Assembly: GCF_001194135.2 (NCBI RefSeq)
Contig: NC_068986.1
Span: 95,120,545 to 95,160,213, forward strand
Direction: 5' to 3'
Length of the DNA: 39,669 nucleotides
From: Octopus bimaculoides
Taxonomy: Eukaryota
Made by a program: the position numbers and the translations under genes
The notes under the pieces: model-generated
What the model saw: the letters and a program-made list of their open reading frames with translations, nothing else
What the model was told of the DNA's origin: nothing
Databases searched by the model: none
Part shown: positions 1 through 10,862 of the stretch, one piece after another
Position numbering within the stretch: the first letter of the stretch is position 1
How the letters are laid out: every line of letters begins with the position of its first letter

Positions 1-330
1 GGGAGAAAGAGAGGGAGGAAGTAGAAGAATGGTGAGCAACCAGCATGGCCGCAGCTCTAAGCTGAAACTATAAGAAAAAAAAAATTATGTGTGTGTTTGC
101 GCCCACCCCCACCCCACCTTCGCTTGAAAACTGATGTTGGTGTGTTTACGTCCCCATAACTTAGAATAAGCACCAGGCTTAGAAGAAATAAGTCCAGCGG
201 TTGATTTCCAGCATGGTCACAGTCAAATGACTGAAACAAGTAAAAGAATGTATGTGTGTGTGCGCGCGTGTGTGTGTGTGTCTGTGTGTGTGTCTTTGTC
301 TATGTCTGTGTGTCTGTGTCTGTGTGTGCG

Positions 331-850
331 TGTTAAATAAAATGAGACAACAAAACCAAGGCTGTGTGGAATTTATAAGACATTTATAAAACAAAAGGTA
401 ATCTTACAGAGGTTTCTGGGATATTAGAGATATTCCTTCATCAGAGATGATATGAGAGAGTTAACTAGAGGTAGAATTCAATATAAGGAGTTATTTTGGG
501 AAAGGATGGATATAGGAAGTATAAAGGGAAATAAGAGAATAAAAATAAAGTGAAAATATATGTAGGCTGTTACAGCTATAGTTCCATTATCCAAGGAAAG
601 CGCTGTGTAGAATGGGTAGAAATGCTTCCTGTCCATGGTATGTAGATTCCGATAAGAATTCAGATTTTGTTATTACAAGTGGATATCGTGGTGACATAAA
701 TGCCATGTGCTGTTCATTCAAAGACTTCATGTGGTTTGATTGAAATTTTAAGAATGTACTGGTAGGGGTAAGTAGATAGAGAGAAGAGAAGAGATATATA
801 TATTAGGAGGAAAGAGGAGAATGGTACTAGTCAAAAGGAATAGGGGAGGA

Positions 851-902
<52 letters not shown>

Positions 903-1049
903 AAAAAGGAAAGAAGGAGTGCTAGATAGTGGTCAAGATATCGTGAAAGGGATGGGAGAGAACAGCTATCAGGATAAGACTAACTCTTCTTTATAAATGT
1001 CCTATAAATTCCACCCAGTCTTGGTTTTGTTGTCTCATTTTATTTAACA
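331..1049. mobile_element. Penelope-like remnant with inverted LTR ends
   Basis: 331-410 (gttaaataaaatgagacaacaaaaccaag...) is the reverse complement of about 961-1049. The left copy continues into the hammerhead at 401-448 and the right copy starts at a remnant AACAGCT. Confidence 0.65.
401..448 (-). ncRNA. Minimal type I hammerhead ribozyme motif in a Penelope-like LTR remnant
   Basis: Minus strand: ATCT-CTGATGA-A-GGAATAT-ctcta-ATATCCC-A-GAA-AC-ctct-GT-A-AGAT. All core nucleotides are present, stem I is ATCT/AGAT and the cleavage triplet is GUA. Confidence 0.8.
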
Positions 1050-1175
1050 TATACATGCTAACACAAGACTGGCATTACTCTCCTCATTCGTATTATCTGA
1101 GAGTCTAACTATTGTCCTCCCGTAGCACTTACATAACCTTACCTGCCATCTTGGGTCTTATGGATACCGATAACT

Positions 1176-1215
<40 letters not shown>

Positions 1216-1857
1216 NNNNNNNNNNNNNNNNNNNNNNNNNNNNNNNNNNNNNNNNNNNNNNNNNNNNNNNNNNNNNNNNNNNNNNNNNNNNNNNNNNNNN
1301 NNNNNNNNNNNNNNNNNNNNNNNNNNNNNNNNNNNNNNNNNNNNNNNNNNNNNNNNNNNNNNNNNNNNNNNNNNNNNNNNNNNNNNNNNNNNNNNNNNNN
1401 NNNNNNNNNNNNNNNNNNNNNNNNNNNNNNNNNNNNNNNNNNNNNNNNNNNNNNNNNNNNNNNNNNNNNNNNNNNNNNNNNNNNNNNNNNNNNNNNNNNN
1501 NNNNNNNNNNNNNNNNNNNNNNNNNNNNNNNNNNNNNNNNNNNNNNNNNNNNNNNNNNNNNNNNNNNNNNNNNNNNNNNNNNNNNNNNNNNNNNNNNNNN
1601 NNNNNNNNNNNNNNNNNNNNNNNNNNNNNNNNNNNNNNNNNNNNNNNNNNNNNNNNNNNNNNNNNNNNNNNNNNNNNNNNNNNNNNNNNNNNNNNNNNNN
1701 NNNNNNNNNNNNNNNNNNNNNNNNNNNNNNNNNNNNNNNNNNNNNNNNNNNNNNNNNNNNNNNNNNNNNNNNNNNNNNNNNNNNNNNNNNNNNNNNNNNN
1801 NNNNNNNNNNNNNNNNNNNNNNNNNNNNNNNNNNNNNNNNNNNNNNNNNNNNNNNNN

Positions 1858-1923
<66 letters not shown>

Positions 1924-1974
1924 TGGGCTCCCTCACAGTCTTCGTCTATTAGATTCTCTCATAACGCATTAGTC

Positions 1975-2730
1975 GACCCAGGGTTCTAAAGCAGAAGACA
2001 CCTGAACAATGGGACCGAACGCAAAATCACCTGGTTGCAAAGCAGGCTTCTAAAACACACACCCGTGCTGCACCTATATTTAAGTTTTTGACATCTTAAC
2101 GCTGCACAATATATCTTTCAGATGGGCGGTATTTGCATTCGTCGTTTATCTTTCAACTCTTTCTTTCAGACAGCAAATGACTTTACTTTGTTAATTTAAC
2201 TCGTCAACGTCATGAATAAACATTTATAAAATTCCGTTAATATTTACCTAAATAAGCTAGTCACTCCTTACACTCGTTTATTTCGAGTTTAAGTCGTATC
2301 ATTACCTGTTTTATTGTTCAGAGATAAATTTTTGCTCTAGTCATAGATAGAAAATTATATTTTTTTATAACTTATTGAATCTAAAGAAACAAATAGTGCA
2401 CATGGCCGTTGAAGTTGCCACAGAGACTAGTGAGCTTGCAACAACTATTGTCTCATCTGAACTGTTGGAAGTCAAAACCTCCAGAAAACTAAACATGAAG
2501 AGAAGATTCCAGAGGCGGAATGTTTTGGGAAGAAGGGACTGGGTGTAGTAGTTGATGCGAGGATAGCGAGATGGGAGGGAGTGGCGCACACGCAACTAGG
2601 AGGGCGAAAGCTAGAGAGATAGGTAGATCGAAGTTACTGGTAAACATACATAGTCATAGCATAATAAACCGTTGTTATTTTAGTTTCCTGTATCCGTGCC
2701 ATTTTTAGTAAGGTTGTACTATATATGGAT
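1975..2730 (+). repeat. Left arm of a ~750-bp inverted duplication (partner 9195-9990)
   Basis: Collinear reverse-complement match including non-TE sequence, e.g. cactccttacactcgtttatttcgagtttaagtcgtatcattacctgttttattgttcagag versus the reverse complement of about 9605-9670. Confidence 0.9.
2380..2620 (-). mobile_element. 3' ORF2 tail of a CR1/L2/Jockey-type LINE (second copy about 9290-9500, +)
   Basis: PRINYYTQSLLPKTFRLWNLL and PRTNYYIQSFLPKTLSLWNLL resemble the 'SFFPRTxxxWNxLP' C-terminal motif. Confidence 0.7.
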
Positions 2731-2976
2731 GGGAAAGCATTGGAACCTCGCCGCCTTGTAATGATTTCAAATTTTGACACAGGCCAGAAGTTTCTGGATA
2801 TGCGGTAAGATGATTACATCGACCTCAATGCGCAGCTGGTACTTATTTCCACGACCCCGAAAGGATGAAAGGTAAAGTCGACCTCGCTGGAATTTGAACT
2901 CAGAACATAAAGGCAGACGAAAAAAGTCTGTAAGCATTTTTTTCCAGTGTGCTAACGATTTTGTCAGCTCACCGTC

Positions 2977-3031
<55 letters not shown>

Positions 3032-3451
3032 NNNNNNNNNNNNNNNNNNNNNNNNNNNNNNNNNNNNNNNNNNNNNNNNNNNNNNNNNNNNNNNNNNNNN
3101 NNNNNNNNNNNNNNNNNNNNNNNNNNNNNNNNNNNNNNNNNNNNNNNNNNNNNNNNNNNNNNNNNNNNNNNNNNNNNNNNNNNNNNNNNNNNNNNNNNNN
3201 NNNNNNNNNNNNNNNNNNNNNNNNNNNNNNNNNNNNNNNNNNNNNNNNNNNNNNNNNNNNNNNNNNNNNNNNNNNNNNNNNNNNNNNNNNNNNNNNNNNN
3301 NNNNNNNNNNNNNNNNNNNNNNNNNNNNNNNNNNNNNNNNNNNNNNNNNNNNNNNNNNNNNNNNNNNNNNNNNNNNNNNNNNNNNNNNNNNNNNNNNNNN
3401 NNNNNNNNNNNNNNNNNNNNNNNNNNNNNNNNNNNNNNNNNNNNNNNNNNN

Positions 3452-3531
<80 letters not shown>

Positions 3532-3738
3532 CCTTTCTACTGGAGGCACATGGCCTCAAATTTGTTAGGTCGGGACTAGTTGATTATATCAACCCCAGTG
3601 TTTCATTGGTACTTAATTTATCGACCCCGAAAGGATGAAAGCAAAGTTGATCGCGGCAGAATTTGAACTCAGAACGTAACGACGGACGAATTACCGCTAA
3701 GTATTTCGTCCAGTGCGCTAACGATTCTGCCAATAATA

Positions 3739-3824
<86 letters not shown>

Positions 3825-4258
3825 TCTTTATTGACCACAAGGGCCGCGAAAAACATTTAGGAGAATACAAAAGACAGTGGGGGGATTTACATAGAACCGT
3901 ATGAACAATAAAAAAAAAAAAGAATTATAATTTTTTCGATTACGGCTTGCCTCGGGCTAAACGACAGGAAAAATAACAACTAAAACAACAACAATAACAA
4001 GTGACAGCAGGCAACTACAACCACCACAATCACAACTATAACAGCAACTACAATTGCAGCATTGTTATTTTGTTGTAAACCAGTTGTATTTGATGATGTT
4101 TCTGCAACCAGAGAGGACAAGGATCAAGGTTTTCTTCATTTCGTCCCGTTCTTTTATATCCGCCTTCTTCACGTTTTTCTCCACGTTGACGTTTTTTTCT
4201 TATTTTCTTACTGTCCAGAGTCCTTGTTTTTAAAAAAAGTATATATAACGTATATATA

Positions 4259-4440
4259 GGCGCAGGAGTGGGTGTGTGGTAAGTAGCTTGCATACCAACC
4301 ACATGGTTCCGGGTTCAGTCCCACTGCGTGGCACCTTGGGCAAGTGTCTTCTACTATAGCCTCGAGCCGACCAAAGCCTTGTGAGTGGATTTGGTAGACG
4401 GAAACTGAAAGAAGCCCGTCGTATATATGTATATATATAG

Positions 4441-4487
<47 letters not shown>

Positions 4488-4690
4488 TGTGTCTGTGTTT
4501 GTCCCCCAACATCGCTTGACAACCGATGCTGGTGTGTTTACTTCCCCGTAACATAGCGGTTCGGCAAAACAGACCGATAGAACAAGTACTAGACTTACAA
4601 GGAATAAGTCCTGGGGTCGATTTGCTCGACTAAAGGCGGTGCTCCAGCATGGCCGCAGTCAAATGACTGAAACAAGTAAAAGAGTAAAGG
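4259..4690 (+). mobile_element. tRNA-derived SINE family A, full length with internal (TA)n/(TG)n. Other copies: about 88-249 (+), 10440-10690 (+), 17940-18196 (-), 38145-38263 (-)
   Basis: Head gtgtgtggtaag..ccgggttcagtccc, CORE-like CACCTTGGGCAAGTG, tail ..ccagcatggccgcagtcaaatgactgaaacaagtaaaagag repeated across copies. Confidence 0.9.
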
Positions 4691-4699
4691 AGCATAACG

Positions 4700-7450
4700 A
4701 TTAAACAGGTCGCCCATGAATAGCAAGTGGTTTAGTTTCCCTTACCTCTTCCTAGATCATACCCCAACTTAGTTTTCTGTAGTTTTTCATTCAAGGAGTT
4801 CATTCCCAGTACGAAGATCAGTGGGAACACATTGTTCCTCAGGAAGGTTCTTCTCTTGATTTTCACCTCTCCGAGTACTTGGTTCCCTGCTGTCTATTCC
4901 GTTCTCCAGCAATTCATGCTATTCTGTATAAGGCTTCTCATATTTTCTGTTACTCCATAGATTTCCATTGTTCTTATTATCCAGGAGCGTGGTATCATAT
5001 CCTATGCTTTGCGATAGTCAAGCTCAGGTTTTTGTGTCTTCTCTTGCAGTTCCTGATAATTAGATTATAAATTGAGAGCTGATCCTTCGTTCCCCAGTTC
5101 CTCATTTGGCACCCTTTCTGTTCAGTAGATAGCGGCCCACTTTTTACCAAGTATATGTACAATTCACCAGCCAAAGCACTTGACATTAGTGTTCATATTA
5201 GCGGATGGCACGTTATTGGTGTAAAGTTGGATGCAACACTTCCCTGTTCAGGATCCTTGGCACATAACAATGTCTTTCCCTTTGTCATCATCATTATTTT
5301 TTTTTTTGTGTGTGTGTGTGTATGTGTGTCCTCTTTACGATCCTGGAATCAAACGGACATGATGGATCGATGAGTAAGCAGCTTTGCTTTTCCTTATCTA
5401 TAATTATTATGTTCGGTCTATTATTTTCTAACTTCTTGTCCGTTTGAATAGGAAAGTCCCACAAAGTCTTACATTTTTTCGACTCTAGTACGCTTTCGAC
5501 TCGATGATTGTACCATGTGCTTCTAGCTTCAAATCCCTATTTTTGGCAAAGTTTCTACTGTAAAACTTTTACAACTTGGTCATTCCTCCAATTCTTTTAT
5601 TCTTCCAGCGCCAAATTGGGGAATTCTGTCACAATTTGTGCCACTGTGCCACTGTCTCGTTCAAAGTTCCACAAGTTCTAAACTTTTCTGACACATTCTC
5701 TCCATGTATATTTTTCTCAAGCTGTTTGTTTTTTATCGCTTGATCTTGGGCTGCTATATTTAGGCTTTCTGTTTCTTTTTTTAATTACCCCTTCTTTTTT
5801 AACCACGCCCAGGATTTTGTTCCACAGACGTCTTCAGTGGCTCTCCAAAACTGGAAATTCAGAGGTTTCTCTTCACTCTTTCTGACGTGCTCTCTTTGTA
5901 TTTCATTCTTGAACTTTTCTCCTCTTACGCGCTTCTTCGCCTGTTCTTTATTAACTGTCTTTAGTAGATTTCTGTGCTGTTCTGTAAATACTCTATTAAA
6001 CAGTTTATTCTGTTCGAAACCTTTGCATCTAGTATCCTATCTTTCCAATTTGGCCTTTAATGCTGTCCCCTTTTTGTGCCAATTCTTCATGTACTGTTTG
6101 TTTTCCCCTTTCTTCTAACCTGTACTGTCCATTCAATTTTCTGATTACTACCTTACTCTTGAGCTCTCCTCTCATTATCCTATTCAATTGCCCCAGTTCT
6201 TTTCGTGTCTTTTCGAGCTTCATTCGTATTCTCTTCCTCCAGTTTAGTTCTTTCTTTTCATTTGCTTTTATATCTTCAGTTTTCGCTTGTAACCTACTGT
6301 TAGCTACGATATTAGCAGCAGTTATGATTAGTTGGTTTGTTTCACTGAAGTTTTCTGTTTTAATCAAACTTAAAACGTCATTTACTCTGCCTGTGACTTT
6401 CCTCGCTTGTTTTCTGTCCATATAACTTACATTTGGTGGTACTTCATTGTTCCCATCAGACATTTTATCTCGCATCTTTTCTAAAATCTCCTTCTCTTCA
6501 TCATTCAAGTCTTGTGCAGTATTTACAGTCACTTGTCCATCTAGATTGTCTTCATTAGTTACTTTATCAGTATACTCTGCTACTCTACAGTTTCCACCTG
6601 TTTCATGTTCTTCATCTCCTACCCCTTCATTACCGCTTTCTGCTACTGTTGTTTTACTCTCCTTCTTCTCTTTTTTTATTATGTTTCTCTGAATTTCTTC
6701 AACCTCTACTCTCGTAATCCAATCGTTCCTAAGGATTACTCTTGCTTGGTTTATCAGTCGCTGATGCTTCAAAACCTATCAGTGATGCCTCAAGACCTGT
6801 TGGGCGCGGAAGCTTCAAAACTCCCTTTTTCATGCCATATTCTCTACATTGGGTTCATGAAGCCTCTTTTATTTGGCTCACTTCTCAGCCAGCATTCTAT
6901 AACTATTTTGTTTACATCTTTTTTACAATTTCATTCTCGTTCTTTTGCACTTTTGACTGTGATTTTGGTCCTGATCCATAGCTTGATGACGACCTGCCGG
7001 AGCTTGATCAAATACTCTCTGTCTGCCGTGCACGACACCTTCACTGTTAACACTTCCAGTCCCGTTAGCGCAGTTGTCATTATTATTTAATTTTGACATC
7101 ACTCATTTAGAGGTAGCATTTGTAAGGTTGTGCAATTACTAATATTTTCATTGTGACACCATCACTAGGTGGGTTGCGAGCCAAGGCTCCGAGAGACCAC
7201 ACCTACGCTCGTGTGCAGTTTTTAGTACCAGTCTCGTTCAATCCATTGTTTTATATCTTTGTATTTGACATTTTCACTATGAGAATTTTGATGTTGAGGT
7301 GGCACAACCATCGGTGTTTTTATTCAGACACCTTCTCTAAAGGGATTGCCGACCAAATCTAAAGGGACCCCTCCTCCCATGAGACAGTCTTAACTCCGCC
7401 AGACGCCAACCTTTCGTTTCTAGGTCTCAGGATGGGCTTACCGGTATTGC
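4700..7450 (-). mobile_element. Degenerate R4/Dong-clade non-LTR retrotransposon, 5' region and RT
   Basis: N-terminal RMK..K.VIECW..SEP..RG, HQRLINQARVILRNDWI, LER*DTRCKGFEQNKLF. RT motifs NFTPITC, EQKGC...GTKDQL, (KAYD)MIPRSW and LNHLLFMGDL. Several stops and frameshifts. Confidence 0.88.
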
Positions 7451-7674
7451 ATTTTGCTCAACGGTGACCTGAAAGTAGTTGTAGTTAATGGAAACTTTGT
7501 TCTTCCCACGTTGTGACGTCACAACCGGATGCAGCTTCATGCCATACAAAGGCGTGTTATCATTAGTATTATTATCCTTTGCTTGTATTGTTTTTGTTAT
7601 TGGTGGTGGTGGTGGTAGCACTGTTCTCTTTGACTATTTCCTGCAGTCACGTATCATTATTATTATTATTATTA

Positions 7675-7721
<47 letters not shown>

Positions 7722-7914
7722 TCTAAGGCGGTGAGCCTTAGTATGCCGGGCGAAATGCTTAGCCGTATTTCGTCTGTCGCTACGTTCTGAGTTCAAATTC
7801 CGCCGAGGACGACTTTCGAAGTCGATAGATCATGTATCAGTTGAGTACTGGGGTCGATGTGATTAACTGTCCCTCTCCCCACAAAATCCAGAGCTTGTGC
7901 ATAAAGTAGAAAGG

Positions 7915-7960
<46 letters not shown>

Positions 7961-7963
<3 letters not shown>

Positions 7964-8611
7964 GAAAACTCACAGCTTATTTTACTAGGTATGATGGGAA
8001 GTGTTAGCTGTCCACTGCCAGCAGACTAAGATGACACTTGTTTACTTGTCATGCTTCAAGAACTCTGCGAAGATTTCTTGCAGTTCCGAGCAATGCTGAT
8101 TTTTGTAGGTCTTCTACCTTCACACTTGTACCAATCTTTTTCAGCCATGCTGGTAGTTGAGTGCTGATACTTCCACGTGCACCAATTACTATTGGTATCA
8201 CGTCTACTCTCTTCATGGAGTACAACCTTCTTATTTCCCACTTTAAATCATCATAGTTGTTTATTTTTTCTTCTTTTTTCACATTGATCTTGTTGTTACC
8301 GAGGCATGCTATGTCGATTATCATGCATGTTCTTTCTTTTTTATTCACCACAACAATGTCCGGTTTCCGATGTCTGGTCAGGTGATCTCACTGTATCATT
8401 GCATCCCACAGGATTTTTCAGTTCTCATTCTCGGTGACTCCTTCTGGAGTTTGCTCATACCACGTATTTGCTCTTTGTAGGCCGTGATTTCCACAGCGCT
8501 CACAATGGATCGTTTTTGCCACATGGTCATGGCGTTGCTTGCATTCGCGTTTTACCAATTTCAGTGCCATACCGTTTCACACCTCTCACCACACATTCTG
8601 CATTTGTCGCG
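7961..8611 (-). mobile_element. 5'-truncated R4/Dong 3' end (zinc knuckle, restriction-like endonuclease, 3'UTR) flanked by (TAA)n
   Basis: DKCRMCGERCETVWH..RHDHVAKTIH, WYEQTPEGVTENEN*KILWD, RKPDIVVVNKKERTCMIIDIA..KINNYDDL..VIPIVIGARG. (ATT)n at 7917-7960 and 8612-8665. Confidence 0.92.
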
Positions 8612-8667
<56 letters not shown>

Positions 8668-9194
8668 GGCGGTGAGCTGGCAGAATCATTAGCACACCAG
8701 GCAAAATACTTATCGGTATTTTGTCTGTCTTCGTGTTCTGAGTTCAAATTCCGCCGAGGTCTACTTTGACTTTCATCCTTTCGAGGTCGATAGAATAAAT
8801 ACCAGTTGAATACCGGGGCCTGTGTAATCCACTTACCCCTACTACCCCGAAATTGCTGGCCTTGTGCCGTAATTTAAAATTATTATAAGGCGGCAAACTG
8901 CCAGAATCGTTAGCACGCCAAGCAAAGTGCTTGACGGCAATTCGTTCATCCTTATGTTCGAGGTCAAATTCCGCCGGGGTTGATTTTACCACGGGCCTTT
9001 TTTGTGCCTATTCATTTTCTATCATACACCTATTGCTGAGCCACTAATTTGCGGGAACATAAACAAACTTAACTAATTGTTAAGCTACTAAAGACAAACA
9101 CAGTCGCGAACGCACACACAGTAACAGGTATGTATGCATGTTTGTATGTATGGATGTATGTATGTATGTATGCATGTATGTATGTATGTATGTG

Positions 9195-9990
9195 TAGTAG
9201 AACCTGGTTAAAAATGGTACGGATTCAGGAAACTTAAAGAACAACGGTTTATTATGCTATGACTGTATGTTTACCAGTAACTCCAACATACTCATCTCTC
9301 TATCTTTCGTCGCCATTGTTGCGTGTGCTTCATCCCTACCATCTCACAATCCTCGTACCAATTACTATATCCAATCCTTTCTTCCCAAAACATTATCCCT
9401 CTGGAATCTTCTCTTCATGTTCTTTTGTTGTTCGGGGGGTTACTGGATGTTTTAATCTGCAACAGTTTAGATAGAACATCAGTGATTTCAAGCTCACCAG
9501 TCTCGGAGGTGTCTACAAAGCCCATGGATAGTTTATTTCTTCAGATTTAATAAGTTATATAAAAAAAAATAGAATTTTCTATTTATGACGAATGCAAATA
9601 TTTACCTCTGAACAATAAAACAGGTAATGATACAACTTAAACTCGAAATAAACGAGAGTAAGGAGTGACTTGCTTATTTAGGTAAATATCAACGGAATTA
9701 TATAAATGTTTATTTATGTCGTTGACGAGTTAAATTAACGAAATAAAGTCATTTAGTGTCTGAAAGAAAGAGCTGAAAGATAAACGATGAATGTAAATAC
9801 CGCCCATGTGAAAGATATAGTGTGCAGCGTGAAGATTTGAAAAGACTTAAATAAAGGAGCAGCATAGGGGTGTGCTTTAGAAGCCTGCTTTGCCATCATG
9901 TGGTTTTTGGTTCAATCTCATTGTGCAGTGTCTTGGACACGTGTCTTCTGCTCTAGCACCCTGGATCAACTAATGCCTTATGAGAGAATT
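9195..9990 (-). repeat. Right arm of the inverted duplication
   Basis: Same order of LINE tail, unique AT-rich segment and SINE head, in the opposite orientation. Confidence 0.9.
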
Positions 9991-10041
9991 TAGTAGGCGA
10001 AGCCCAGTCTATATGTGAGTGTATGTGTGGGGGATGTTTAC

Positions 10042-10124
<83 letters not shown>

Positions 10125-10357
10125 AAGGCGGCGAGCTGGCAGAAACGTTAGCACACCGGGCGAAATGCTTAGCGGTATTTCGTCTGCCACTGCGTTCTGA
10201 GTTCAAATTCCGCCGAGGTCGACTTTGCCTTTCATCCTTTCGGGGGTCGATTAATTAAGTACCAGTTACGCACTGGGGTCGATATAATCGACTTAATCCG
10301 TTTGTCTGTACTTGTTTGTCCCCTCTGTGTGTAGCCCCTTGTGGGCAGTAAAGAAAT
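10125..10357 (+). mobile_element. SINE family C. Other copies: about 2765-2978 (-), 3531-3733 (-), 7725-7916, 8666-8880, 8887-8990, 11010-11270, 28880-29040 (-), 33840-34050, 34070-34240
   Basis: Shared aaggcggcgagctggcagaa..gttctgagttcaaattcc..gtcgactttgcctttcatcc..ggggtcgat. Most copies abut (ATT)n. Confidence 0.92.
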
Positions 10358-10736
10358 AGGTATTTTGTCTGCCGCTACGTTCTGAGTTCAAAATAAGATG
10401 TAGATTGATAGATAGATAGATAGATAGATAGATATGCATGATGTGTGCGTGTTTGTTCTTGTGTTTTGTGTCTTTGTGTTGCACCTTCCCCCCACCATAT
10501 ACACACATTAATACACTACCTGATAACCGGTGTTGGTTTGTTTAATCCCCATAACCTAACGGTTCGGTAAAAGGGATATGTAAAATAAGTATCAGACTTA
10601 AAAAGGTAAGTACTCTGGTCACTTTGTTCGACTAAACCCTTCAAAGAGGTATCCCCAGCATGGTAGCAATCAAACAAGTAAAAGATTAGAAAGAAGGATA
10701 AATTAAAATAAATGTTAATCAGAATAGACAACTGAG

Positions 10737-10862
10737 AGATTAAGAGGAGATTAAGAGAAGAAATATTAAGAGAAGATTAAGAGAAGAAAGATTAAGAGAA
10801 GAAAGATTAAGAGAAGAAAGATTAAGAGAAGAAAGATTAAGAGAAGAAAGATTAAGAGAAGA
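10737..10862. repeat. 15-bp minisatellite (AAAGATTAAGAGAAG)n
   Basis: About 6 near-perfect units plus degenerate units on the left. Confidence 0.9.

Noticed and set aside
7330-7460. HDV-like ribozyme in the R4/Dong 5' region
   Set aside because: Expected for this clade and hairpins are visible, but I could not build the nested double pseudoknot on the element's sense strand by eye.
8390-8425. In-frame TGA codons in Dong as selenocysteine or readthrough
   Set aside because: The element also has frameshifts and other stops, so ordinary decay explains them.
10737-10862. CRISPR-like array
   Set aside because: Contiguous 15-mer units with no unique spacers, in a eukaryotic context.
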